Positions 1 through 7,600 of a stretch of 21,546 nucleotides of DNA are shown here, in pieces (the first letter of the stretch is position 1; each line of letters starts with the position of its first letter). The DNA is taken from contig JBBDYJ010000033.1 in the NCBI GenBank assembly GCA_040901675.1, positions 1 through 21,546 of the forward strand, given 5' to 3'. This DNA comes from Pirellulales bacterium (GTDB taxonomy: Bacteria > Planctomycetota > Planctomycetia > Pirellulales > JAICIG01). The position numbers and the translations under genes are program-made. The notes below the pieces were generated by a model. It made no database searches. It saw nothing but the letters and a program-made list of their open reading frames with translations, and had not been told where the DNA came from.

Positions 1-119
1 CGGCACTATCATGACGCTCGCGAAACACCGAAGTTATTCTTCGGGCGTTCCCTAGGCGTCGTAGCAGAAGAAGCGGCAGAAAATCGCACATCTGTGCGGC
101 ACTGGGCTGCCTAGTTGTC

Positions 120-995
120 TTGAACGGATGCGGGTTGTGCGGTTGCGGGTACAGTGAAACACCGGCATTCGATAAGAACAACGACGAAGCGCTTAGCGAT
201 AATGGGCTGCGTGAAGCCGACTCGAAGGAGACCGAGATGAGTGCAGTATCACGAAAGCAGCTCATTGATGCGAAAACGCGTCGCGATTCGATACGCGCGG
301 CGGAGGAATTCACCCGATACCTAAATCGGCGCTACGGTCCAATTGATATTCATGCGGCAGGGGGAGACGGGTCCAGAAGTAGAAAGCAGTTCGCCAAAGT
401 CATGGTGGACTGGAACCACATTCATTTCTCGAATGAGGACGTAAAGTCCGTTTGTGGTAAGCCGACGGTTGATACCGATACGGCTATCATCTATGAGCTT
501 GGGGAGTCTGGCGGGGGACGCTGGGAATTTGCAATTCAGGCGGAAACGATCCGGGCCGTGCGGTTCATTGGTCCGCGCTCCGAGAGTGCGCCGAGAGGTG
601 AACTGCCTGCCGGTGGTGCGCCAGCCCAGTCTCCGGATGACTTCGAAGCGACCGAAGCGCTTCGGGAACAATATCGTGATGCTGAGACCCAGGAAAGTCG
701 CGCGCAGGCAAAGGCCGCGTTTGTTCAGGTTCTCAGCGAGCGCTACAGCGGAATTGATGCGAGCGTCACAGGGCGGGGGGCCTTTGAGCAAGCAGCGCGG
801 TTCGGCAAGCTGATGCTAGAATGGAATCCGATACACTTTTCCGTTGACGATCTTAAAAAGATTGCGGGGAAGCCGACTGTTGAGACGCGTCAACTCCTTG
901 AATACCATTTCGACAATGGATTGGATAACAGCCCCTGGAGGTTTAACACTGATGGGCCGACGATCGTAGGCGTTGAGTACATTCCAGGTGACTGA
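120..995 (+). CDS. Hypothetical, possibly exported/lipoprotein, with two tandem homologous ~110-aa domains
   Basis: 291-aa ORF. aa ~45-152 and ~182-291 align (RYGPID/RYSGID, FAKVMVDWNHIHFSNEDVKSVCGKPTV / FGKLMLEWNPIHFSVDDLKKIAGKPTV, WEF/WRF). The internal duplication supports real coding. Start uncertain: TTG at 120, frame open back to 15, next ATG at 237. Confidence 0.75.
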   Translation: MNGCGLCGCGYSETPAFDKNNDEALSDNGLREADSKETEMSAVSRKQLIDAKTRRDSIRAAEEFTRYLNRRYGPIDIHAAGGDGSRSRKQFAKVMVDWNHIHFSNEDVKSVCGKPTVDTDTAIIYELGESGGGRWEFAIQAETIRAVRFIGPRSESAPRGELPAGGAPAQSPDDFEATEALREQYRDAETQESRAQAKAAFVQVLSERYSGIDASVTGRGAFEQAARFGKLMLEWNPIHFSVDDLKKIAGKPTVETRQLLEYHFDNGLDNSPWRFNTDGPTIVGVEYIPGD

Positions 996-996
996 C

Positions 997-1043
997 ACGC
1001 TTTAGCGGGTAGAGCCGGCCGTCTCGGCCAGCGTACCCAGCGT
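997..1043. terminator. Imperfect hairpin between convergent genes
   Basis: Nested arms acgct..gggta..ggccg-tct-cggcc..taccc..agcgt lie between the stop at 995 and the bioD stop at 1068. No clear U-tract. Confidence 0.25.
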
Positions 1044-1067
1044 CGCTTGTTAACAAATCGGTGACGA

Positions 1068-1781
1068 TTAGAGCGGCATAGGCCGCTGTTTGGCCAACGC
1101 GTACCAATCCACCGGCTCATCGGGCGATGTCGCCTGCCAGCCGATTGTTGCCACCACAGGCGGCACCGCGCGGGCCTTCAGCTCGGCGTAGTTGCTCGCC
1201 GTGCTCGCATCGTGCGGCGGTGCCTTCGGCTGATTCAACACCACGCCCGCCACGTCCAAGCCATCCCGAAACGTGGCCGCCACCACCAATGCCGACAGCG
1301 TCTGGTTGATCGTCCCGAGCACGTCGGCCGCCACCATCACCAGCGGGAAGCCGAAATCGGCCGCCAGATCCGCCTGGTATTCGTCGTCGTCGACCGGCGA
1401 CAAGAGCCCGCCCGCCCCTTCGATCAGCATCACGTCCGATCTTTCGAGCCAATAGTCGAGGCCCGACCGCAGCAGTTCCTGATCCACCCGCCGCCCCTCG
1501 GCCCTGGCCGCCAGGTGCGGCGCCAGCGGCGCCGCGAACCGTTGCGGGCAGACCCGATCCAGCTCGCCGGGGCGTCCGGCCGCCTCCCACAAGATCACCG
1601 CGTCATCGCTCACCAGCCCCGCTTCGCCCGCCCGGCACCCGCTGGCCACCGGCTTGTACACACCCACCCGCCGTCCCTGGGCCGCCAGTGCCCGGGCCAC
1701 AATCGCGGCGACATAGGTCTTGCCGACGCCCGTGCCCGTCCCGCTGATGAACAATCCGGGAACCGATTGACTCGACTGCAT
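1068..1781 (-). CDS. bioD: Dethiobiotin synthase
   Basis: GLFISGTGTGVGKT P-loop, YKPVASG, PLAPHLAA, IEGAGGLLSP, LGTINQT and GVVLN motifs. ATG at 1781 (MQSSQ) is preferred over the longer ORF start, which overlaps aguB. Confidence 0.95.
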   Translation of the reverse strand: MQSSQSVPGLFISGTGTGVGKTYVAAIVARALAAQGRRVGVYKPVASGCRAGEAGLVSDDAVILWEAAGRPGELDRVCPQRFAAPLAPHLAARAEGRRVDQELLRSGLDYWLERSDVMLIEGAGGLLSPVDDDEYQADLAADFGFPLVMVAADVLGTINQTLSALVVAATFRDGLDVAGVVLNQPKAPPHDASTASNYAELKARAVPPVVATIGWQATSPDEPVDWYALAKQRPMPL

Positions 1782-1809
1782 CAAACACCCTTTTCCAGCC
1801 GCACCGACT

Positions 1810-1818
1810 TGGTACCAT
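1810..1818 (+). promoter_or_regulatory. Putative extended -10 element (TGGTACCAT) for a leaderless aguB-aguA transcript
   Basis: TGnTAnnAT pattern ends 6 nt before the ATG at 1825. There is no Shine-Dalgarno, and the gap to divergent bioD is only 43 bp. Confidence 0.3.
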
Positions 1819-1824
1819 CCAGGC

Positions 1825-2745
1825 ATGAGTCAGTCTACCACCCCGCAGCAACCAGGCATTCCAGCCAAACCCGGCCGCAGCTCGTCCAAGTTGACGTTGG
1901 GCCTCGTGCAGATGACCTGCGTCGAGTCGAAGCAGGCCAACGTCGACAAGGCTGTCGCTCGAATCGCCGAGGCGGCCGCCGCCGGCGCAAACCTGGTCTG
2001 CCTGCAGGAGCTGTTCGCCGGCCTGTACCCCTGCCAGCAGGAAGACCATGCCCGCTTTGCCGAGGCCGAGCCGATCCCGGGACCAACCAGCGAGGCCTTG
2101 GCCGCCGCCGCACGGCAGAACCAGGTGGTGGTGGTCGGCTCGCTCTTCGAGCGGCGCGCCGCCGGCCTGTACCACAACACCGCCGTGGTGTTCGACGCCG
2201 ACGGCCGGCAGACCGGACTGTATCGCAAGATGCACATCCCGGACGATCCGCTCTACTACGAAAAGTTCTACTTCACCCCCGGCGACCTGGGCTTCTCCAG
2301 TTGCGACACCCGCTTTGCCCGGGTCGGCGCCTGCGTCTGCTGGGACCAATGGTATCCCGAGGCCGCCCGCCTCACGGCCCTGACGGGCGCCGAGGTGATC
2401 CTGTATCCGACCGCGATCGGCTGGCACGAGAGCGAAAAGGCCGAGTACGGCCAGAGCCAGCACTCCGCCTGGGAAACCATGATGCGCAGCCACGCCATCG
2501 CCAACGGCGTGTTCGTGGCCGCCGTCAACCGCACCGGAATCGAGGGCGGCATCGAGTTCTGGGGTGCCTCGTTTGTGGCCGATCCCAACGGCAATGTGCT
2601 GGGCCGGGCCGCCCACGACGTCGAGGAGACCCTGCTGGTCGAGTGCAATCTGGACCAGATCGACGTGGTGCGGACGCACTGGCCGTTCCTGCGAGACCGC
2701 CGCATCGACGCCTACGGCGATCTGGTCAAGCGCTACCTCGACTGA
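1825..2745 (+). CDS. aguB: N-carbamoylputrescine amidase (carbon-nitrogen hydrolase family)
   Basis: Nitrilase triad motifs CLQELF, YRKMHIPDDPLYYEKFYF and VCWDQWYPEAAR, plus YPTAIGW and HWPFLRDRRID. Directly upstream of agmatine deiminase. Confidence 0.9.
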   Translation: MSQSTTPQQPGIPAKPGRSSSKLTLGLVQMTCVESKQANVDKAVARIAEAAAAGANLVCLQELFAGLYPCQQEDHARFAEAEPIPGPTSEALAAAARQNQVVVVGSLFERRAAGLYHNTAVVFDADGRQTGLYRKMHIPDDPLYYEKFYFTPGDLGFSSCDTRFARVGACVCWDQWYPEAARLTALTGAEVILYPTAIGWHESEKAEYGQSQHSAWETMMRSHAIANGVFVAAVNRTGIEGGIEFWGASFVADPNGNVLGRAAHDVEETLLVECNLDQIDVVRTHWPFLRDRRIDAYGDLVKRYLD

Positions 2746-2762
2746 TACGGCCGCCGCCAATC

Positions 2763-3860
2763 ATGCCCTCCGACTCATCCATCGAGCCAGGCCCCGCCGC
2801 CACCCCCGCTGCCTTGGGGTACCGCATGCCGGCCGAGTGGGAGCCGCACGCCGCCACCTGGCTCTCGTGGCCGCACAACCCGGAGACGTGGCCCGGCCAG
2901 TTCGAGCCGATTCCGGCGATCTGGACTGAACTGGTCGCAGCACTCTCGCTGGTCGAGCCGGTGCATGTCCTGGCCGGCGAGGGCACCGTGTTCGAGCAAG
3001 CCAACTTGTTGCTGGCCGGCTTCTTGAATCGGTCCGGAGCGGCTGGCTCGCCAAGGCACCCGGTTCACCTGCACCCGATTGCCACTAACGACGCCTGGAC
3101 CCGCGACCACGGTCCGATCTTTCTGATTGGCCCGGCCGGCAGTCCGCCGGCGCTGGTCGACTGGGATTACAACGCCTGGGGAGGCAAGTACCCGCCCTAC
3201 GATCTCGACCGCCAGGTGCCGCGGCTCGTTGCCGAAATGCTCGGATACCGGCGCTATGAACCGGGCATCGTGTTGGAAGGCGGCGCCATCGACGTCAACG
3301 GCCGAGGCGCGCTGTTGACCACCGAGCAATGCCTGCTGAACCCCAACCGCAACCCGCATCTCGACCGCCGGCAGGTCGAGCGGTACCTGGCCGATTACCT
3401 GGCGGCCCGCCACGTGATCTGGCTCGGCCGGGGAATCGCCGGCGACGACACCGACGGCCACATCGACGAGCTGGCCCGCTTCGTAGGCCCGCGGACCGTC
3501 GTGGCGGCCGTCGAAGAAGATCTGGCCGACGAGAACTATCGGCCGCTTCGCGACAATTTCGAACGGCTCCGGATGGCCACCGACGAACAGGGCCGGTCCT
3601 TGGAATTGATCTCCATGCCGATGCCGCGGCCGGTCTATTACGGCGATCGCCGCCTGCCGGCCAGCTATATGAACTTCTATATCGCCAACGGCCTCGTGAT
3701 TGCGCCGGCGTTCGGCGATCCGGCCGACGCGGCGGCGCGGGAATTGCTAGTCCGGCTATTTCCCGGCCGTCGGGTGATGGGCATGCGGGCCGTCGAGCTG
3801 GCCTGGGGGCTGGGCGCCTTTCACTGCATCACTCAGCAGCAACCGGTCGTGCCGGATTGA
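2763..3860 (+). CDS. aguA: Agmatine deiminase (PPAD/AguA family)
   Basis: YRMPAEWEPH..WLSWPHN, NDAWTRDHGP, LEGGAIDVNG, DDTDGHID, ASYMNFY and GAFHCITQQQP (catalytic Cys). ATG at 2763 lies within the long 1212-3860 frame. Confidence 0.93.
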   Translation: MPSDSSIEPGPAATPAALGYRMPAEWEPHAATWLSWPHNPETWPGQFEPIPAIWTELVAALSLVEPVHVLAGEGTVFEQANLLLAGFLNRSGAAGSPRHPVHLHPIATNDAWTRDHGPIFLIGPAGSPPALVDWDYNAWGGKYPPYDLDRQVPRLVAEMLGYRRYEPGIVLEGGAIDVNGRGALLTTEQCLLNPNRNPHLDRRQVERYLADYLAARHVIWLGRGIAGDDTDGHIDELARFVGPRTVVAAVEEDLADENYRPLRDNFERLRMATDEQGRSLELISMPMPRPVYYGDRRLPASYMNFYIANGLVIAPAFGDPADAAARELLVRLFPGRRVMGMRAVELAWGLGAFHCITQQQPVVPD

Positions 3861-3965
3861 GCAAGCAGGCGTGTATCTTGCAAAGAGTCCGCCGCCATGC
3901 CATCTTGACTTGAAGAAATCGTGAGATGTTTCCGCCGCTGTCCTATTCCTCATGAAGGAGCAACC

Positions 3966-4496
3966 ATGCTGAAGCCAACTCGATGGTGGATCTCATTCGT
4001 GGTTTCGTTATTGATGGCGCCGGTGGCCGAGGCCCAGGTGCCGCCGCAGCCTGGACCGGAACACGAAAGGCTCAAAGAGCTAGAGGGCACCTGGGACGGG
4101 ACCATCATGGCTGGGACGGAGGAGTCGAAAGGGACGATGACCTCGAAAATCGAGCTCGGCGGACTGTGGCTTGTCAATGATTTCCAGGGCGACTTTGCCG
4201 GCCAGGCCTTCACCGGCAAAGGCCTCGAAACCTACGACCCGGCGAAGAAGCAGTATGTCAGCGTGTGGGTCGATTCCATGTCCACCAGCCCGATGATCAG
4301 CGAGGGCACGTTCGACCAGGACAAGAAGGTGCTCACGATGATCGGCGAAGGCCCCGGGCCGGACGGCAAGCCGACCAAGTACAAGATGACGACGCACTAC
4401 AAGGACAAGGACTCGTTCGTTTGGACCATGTTCGCAACGGGACCGGACGGCGAGGAAGCTGCGATGATGTCCATCTCGTACAAGCGTCGAGAATAG
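3966..4496 (+). CDS. Exported DUF1579-like beta-barrel protein
   Basis: Signal peptide (MLKPTRWWISFVVSLLMAPVAEA), then PGPEHERLKELEGTWD, GGLWL, FTGKG..YDPAKKQYVSVWVDSMST. GAAGGAG RBS 5 nt before ATG 3966. Confidence 0.85.
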   Translation: MLKPTRWWISFVVSLLMAPVAEAQVPPQPGPEHERLKELEGTWDGTIMAGTEESKGTMTSKIELGGLWLVNDFQGDFAGQAFTGKGLETYDPAKKQYVSVWVDSMSTSPMISEGTFDQDKKVLTMIGEGPGPDGKPTKYKMTTHYKDKDSFVWTMFATGPDGEEAAMMSISYKRRE

Positions 4497-4509
4497 GCGC
4501 CCCAGCGCC

Positions 4510-5358
4510 CTACAGTCCCAAAAACTCCTCCACCGCCTCGCGCATCACGGCCACGTCCGGCTCGATGCCGGTCCAGAGCTTGAAAGCGATCGCTCCCTGG
4601 TTGACGATCATCCCCATGCCGTCGAGCGTCGTGGCGCCGCGGGCGGCCGCCTCGGCCAGGAACCGCGTGTCGGGCGGGCTGGCGATCACGTCGGCCACGA
4701 CCAGCCCGTCTGACGTGCCGTCCAGGCTGACCGGCACGCGGGCCTCCGGGTCGTTCAAACCGATGCTGGTGGCGTTCACCAGGATCTCGGTGTCGGCCGG
4801 CACTTCATAATCGTGCTCCCACACGACGAGCGCGGCCGGCGTTTGCGTCTTTGCGTTCAAAAGATCGACCAGCTCCTGCCCTCGTCCAGCCGTGCGGTTG
4901 ACGACGGTGATCGCGGCCGCACCGGCCAAGCCCAGCTCGACACCAATGGCCCGTGCCGCGCCGCCGGCTCCCAAGAGCACGATCCGCCGGCCGGCCGGAT
5001 CGACCACCCCTCGCAGCGACTGCAAAAAACCCTTGCCGTCTGTATTCTCGCCGACTAGCTCCGGCCCTTCGCGAACGATGCAGTTCACGGCACCCATCAA
5101 GGCGGCGGCGTCGCTCAGCCGGTCGAGAAACTCGACCACCGCAACCTTGTGCGGCTTGGTGATGTTGCCCCCCCGGAACCCCATGGCGCGCATGCCGCGG
5201 ACCGCGTCGCCCAGCTCCTCCGGCGCCACCTCGAATGTGAGGTATCGCCACTCCAGCCCGTGCTGGGCAAAGGCCTTCTCGATCATGTACTGGGTCGGAT
5301 TGCCCGCCACCGGTTGACCGAAAAGCGAACAGATTTCCTGCAGCGACGGGCTGGGCAC
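4510..5358 (-). CDS. aroE: Shikimate dehydrogenase
   Basis: GNITKPHK, GAVNC, GENTDGKGF, LGAGGAARAI, VNRT, LVNATSIG, DGMGMIVNQGAIAFKLWTG. Start placed at GTG 5358 (VPSPSLQEIC); the exact start is uncertain. Confidence 0.93.
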   Translation of the reverse strand: MPSPSLQEICSLFGQPVAGNPTQYMIEKAFAQHGLEWRYLTFEVAPEELGDAVRGMRAMGFRGGNITKPHKVAVVEFLDRLSDAAALMGAVNCIVREGPELVGENTDGKGFLQSLRGVVDPAGRRIVLLGAGGAARAIGVELGLAGAAAITVVNRTAGRGQELVDLLNAKTQTPAALVVWEHDYEVPADTEILVNATSIGLNDPEARVPVSLDGTSDGLVVADVIASPPDTRFLAEAAARGATTLDGMGMIVNQGAIAFKLWTGIEPDVAVMREAVEEFLGL

Positions 5359-5452
5359 GAGCAGAACTCGGGGGGGATCGTGGGCGACCAAGGGCTTGCG
5401 GGCCGTTGGCACCCATCTTTGCCCAGCCGGCCCTGCGCTGCAAGGTGGGCTT

Positions 5453-5475
5453 GTAGTGACCCCATTTATGGGGTC
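5453..5475 (+). repeat. GTAG-footed REP-like palindrome
   Basis: GTAG-T-GACCCCAT-TT-ATGGGGTC: perfect 8-bp stem preceded by the GTAG tetranucleotide typical of REPs. Lies between the methyltransferase and aroE. Confidence 0.5.
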
Positions 5476-5510
5476 CTCTTTTCGGCCAGCTTGCCGTCCC
5501 GGCTTGAGCC

Positions 5511-6323
5511 TCAATCCGATTCCGGCGTCCACAACGCCGCCTGCCTGGCGCCTTGGGGAGCGGCAGCATTGGCCAGTCGGCGGGCCTTGATTCGGACGTA
5601 AGGCGCCAGGTAACGGCTGCGGTGGCCGAAGCTGCCGGTGGCCGCCTGGCCGTCGGCGTGCACCGGCTCCAGCAGGTCTTCGACCACGAAGCCGCTGCGG
5701 CACAAGCCCCCGATCAGCTCTTCCCAACGGTGCAGGAACTCGAGCGTCCCCTCCTCGCGGTGCGGGCTGCCGACCACCGGCGGCAAGGGGCCGCTGCGGT
5801 AATACGGCTCGCGCAGCTCGTAACCCCCTGGCCCAGGTTCCACCGATGCCTGCACGCTGGCCGGCTGCTTGTGCTGGCTGATATAGATTCCGCCGCCGCG
5901 GGTGACGCGGGCCACTTCGCGGTACACCGCCAGCACGTCGGGCACGTAGCAGGTGCTGACCGGCTGCATCACGACGTCGAACCCGGCCGTTTCCAAGGCG
6001 CCCAGGTCGTCCATCGAGGCCTCGACCACCCGGATATCGAACCCTCGCTCCGCCGCCACCTGGCGGTCCAGCGCCAGCATTTCGGGGCTGATGTCGACCA
6101 CGGTGACGATTGCTCCGGCGGCCGCGTACAGCGCGCTTTGCCGGCCGCCGCCGCCGGCCAGGCACAGCAGCCGCTTGCCGGCGATGTTGCCCAGCCAGCC
6201 CGCCCCGTCGATCTTGGCGAAGGGGTCGCGCACGTCGTCGTCGGGGGCCGGCGTGGTGAACCGCTGCTTGTTCTTCACCAGCGCGTCCCACGCCCGGCGG
6301 TTATGTAGTAGAACGGAATTCAT
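5511..6323 (-). CDS. Class I SAM-dependent methyltransferase
   Basis: HNRRAWD N-terminus, motif I LLCLAGGGG, VTVVDISPEML, FDVV, YREVARVTRGGG. Confidence 0.9.
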   Translation of the reverse strand: MNSVLLHNRRAWDALVKNKQRFTTPAPDDDVRDPFAKIDGAGWLGNIAGKRLLCLAGGGGRQSALYAAAGAIVTVVDISPEMLALDRQVAAERGFDIRVVEASMDDLGALETAGFDVVMQPVSTCYVPDVLAVYREVARVTRGGGIYISQHKQPASVQASVEPGPGGYELREPYYRSGPLPPVVGSPHREEGTLEFLHRWEELIGGLCRSGFVVEDLLEPVHADGQAATGSFGHRSRYLAPYVRIKARRLANAAAPQGARQAALWTPESD

Positions 6324-6354
6324 TCCGTTTCCGGGTTATGCAAAGTACAACCAG

Positions 6355-6792
6355 TTATTCCGTTCGAAAAGGCAGGAAGCAGGCCCAAACCTCGTCGATC
6401 GTCGTGGAGTTGCCGATCCACGCGGTGTCTTCCGACTCGGTCATCCGAACGCGCAGGGTCTTGAGGCGCGCCGCCTCAAAAAAGTACACCTCGCCGTTCG
6501 TGCCGACGGGCTTCATGCGGCCATCATGATCGCGAACCATGGTCCATTCAAAGAAATTCCTTCCGACTCGTGGATCGTTCTGCTTCTCGATCACCGTGGC
6601 GTCTTTTGGCCAGGTCTGAACGACCGCGTAGAGCAGCCTGCCGCTCCATCGGGAATAGCCGTACTCGATGATGACCTGGTGGTCCCCGGCGACAAAAGAT
6701 TCTCCGCTGAAAGCGATGGTGATGCCCGGCAAGGGAACAAAGCCCACCAGGCCAAAAACCAGCAGAAGAACGATGATTAGCGCGCGTTGCAT
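6355..6792 (-). CDS. Hypothetical membrane-anchored/exported protein
   Basis: 145-aa ORF from ATG 6792 with a strongly hydrophobic N-terminus (ALIIVLLLVFGLVGFVPLPG) and protein-like composition. Co-oriented with the methyltransferase, 31 bp upstream of it. Confidence 0.7.
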   Translation of the reverse strand: MQRALIIVLLLVFGLVGFVPLPGITIAFSGESFVAGDHQVIIEYGYSRWSGRLLYAVVQTWPKDATVIEKQNDPRVGRNFFEWTMVRDHDGRMKPVGTNGEVYFFEAARLKTLRVRMTESEDTAWIGNSTTIDEVWACFLPFRTE

Positions 6793-6987
6793 GAGCAGTC
6801 GGCTGAATTGGTGCAAGTCGATCGCGATATTACAATTGCCTCCTCAGCAGAATCCGTGGGTGATCTCTTAACGATTTCTGGCATGGAAGCCCCTTTTTTC
6901 CCCGAGCTGCGCTGCGTATCAAGCCCTCTTAAGATTTCGACCTCGAAAAACGGCTGCCTGGATCCACGGGTGGTTTTCCGGCGCCAT

Positions 6988-7386
6988 AGTACGGGTTCCT
7001 CTTCTCTGCTCGCCGGTGTCTTCGGGAAGGCCGCGTGAACCATTCACCATCGATGAATCCACGGGCTCCAAATGAAGCTTCTCGCAAAGGTCAACGGTTG
7101 CATCGCTTGTCTTGGTGGCTGCCGCCCAAAGGTCCAGTTGATTTCCTCCGGAACCACAACGGAAGCAGCGATAGGCGTTTTCGCCAAGATTTGCCGAGAA
7201 AGGCCGACTTCGTGGCGACGCGGACCGATGTACAGGACAAGGTCCTCGCACTTGATCCCCCTTGCTCCGCCCTGGGACAAACCCCAACAGTTTCAGGACC
7301 TGGGCCATGGACACTTCAGACCGCACGGCTTCAAAGTCAATGCCCGGCACCAACATCTCCCCGAGCAGAGAAGAGGAACCCGTACT
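6988..7386. repeat. Perfect 25-bp inverted repeat pair bracketing the CHC2 zinc-finger gene
   Basis: AGTACGGGTTCCTCTTCTCTGCTCG (6988-7012) is the exact reverse complement of CGAGCAGAGAAGAGGAACCCGTACT (7362-7386). Confidence 0.95.
7044..7350 (-). pseudogene. Stand-alone CHC2 (DnaG-type) zinc-finger gene with probable C-terminal frameshift
   Basis: PGIDFEAVRSEVSMAQVL..RGPCPVH..FSANLGENAYRCFRCGSGGNQLDLW: Cys-x2-His...Cys-x2-Cys of the primase zinc-binding domain. GGGGAG RBS before GTG 7350. After LCEKLHLE a shifted frame gives PWIHRW-stop (7044, inside the inner IR), while the main frame runs through the IR to 6919. Confidence 0.7.
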
Positions 7387-7518
7387 TTCGATCTCTACCT
7401 ACACCTGCAGATCCCGCAGAAGCTCATTGTTTAACCGAACCCACCCACAGATTCTGCGGAAGAACCTTACAATTAGGCGTCACAAAGATATTCGCCGCCT
7501 GACGACAGACGCCGCACA

Positions 7519-7527
7519 ATCATAGCA
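7519..7527 (-). promoter_or_regulatory. Putative extended -10 (TGCTATGAT) facing the leftward genes
   Basis: Minus-strand TGnTATGAT in the divergent region upstream of rarA, pointing into the inserted element. Confidence 0.3.
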
Positions 7528-7600
7528 TGCCGGGCCCCAAGCTGCTCCAATGCGGCAGGAGCCTTATTCCTTGCACGCGCCGCCCGGCCGGGGAGCCGCC

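Larger units (their letters stand above)
6838..7466. mobile_element. Non-autonomous ISL3-like element (MITE with passenger cassette), 629 bp
   Basis: Left end GCCTCCTCAGCAGAATCCGTGGGTG (6838-6862) matches the reverse complement of the right end GGTTCTTCCGCAGAATCTGTGGGTG (7442-7466) at 20/25. Exact 8-bp direct repeat TTACAATT at 6830-6837 and 7467-7474. GG-start IR plus AT-rich 8-bp TSD fits ISL3. No transposase ORF inside. Confidence 0.8.

Noticed and set aside
1212..2762. 882-aa ORF 1212-3860 as a large AguA fusion
   Set aside because: The N-terminal ~517 aa are Arg/Gly-rich shadow translation overlapping bioD (antisense) and aguB (other frame). Only 2763-3860 has deiminase motifs.
5359..6291. 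593-aa extended AroE ORF
   Set aside because: The extension is an alternative frame over the methyltransferase and a REP. AroE motifs begin near 5358.
6919..7356. Calling the CHC2 ORF dnaG
   Set aside because: It has only the zinc-binding domain. There is no TOPRIM or helicase-binding domain, and it sits inside a mobile element.
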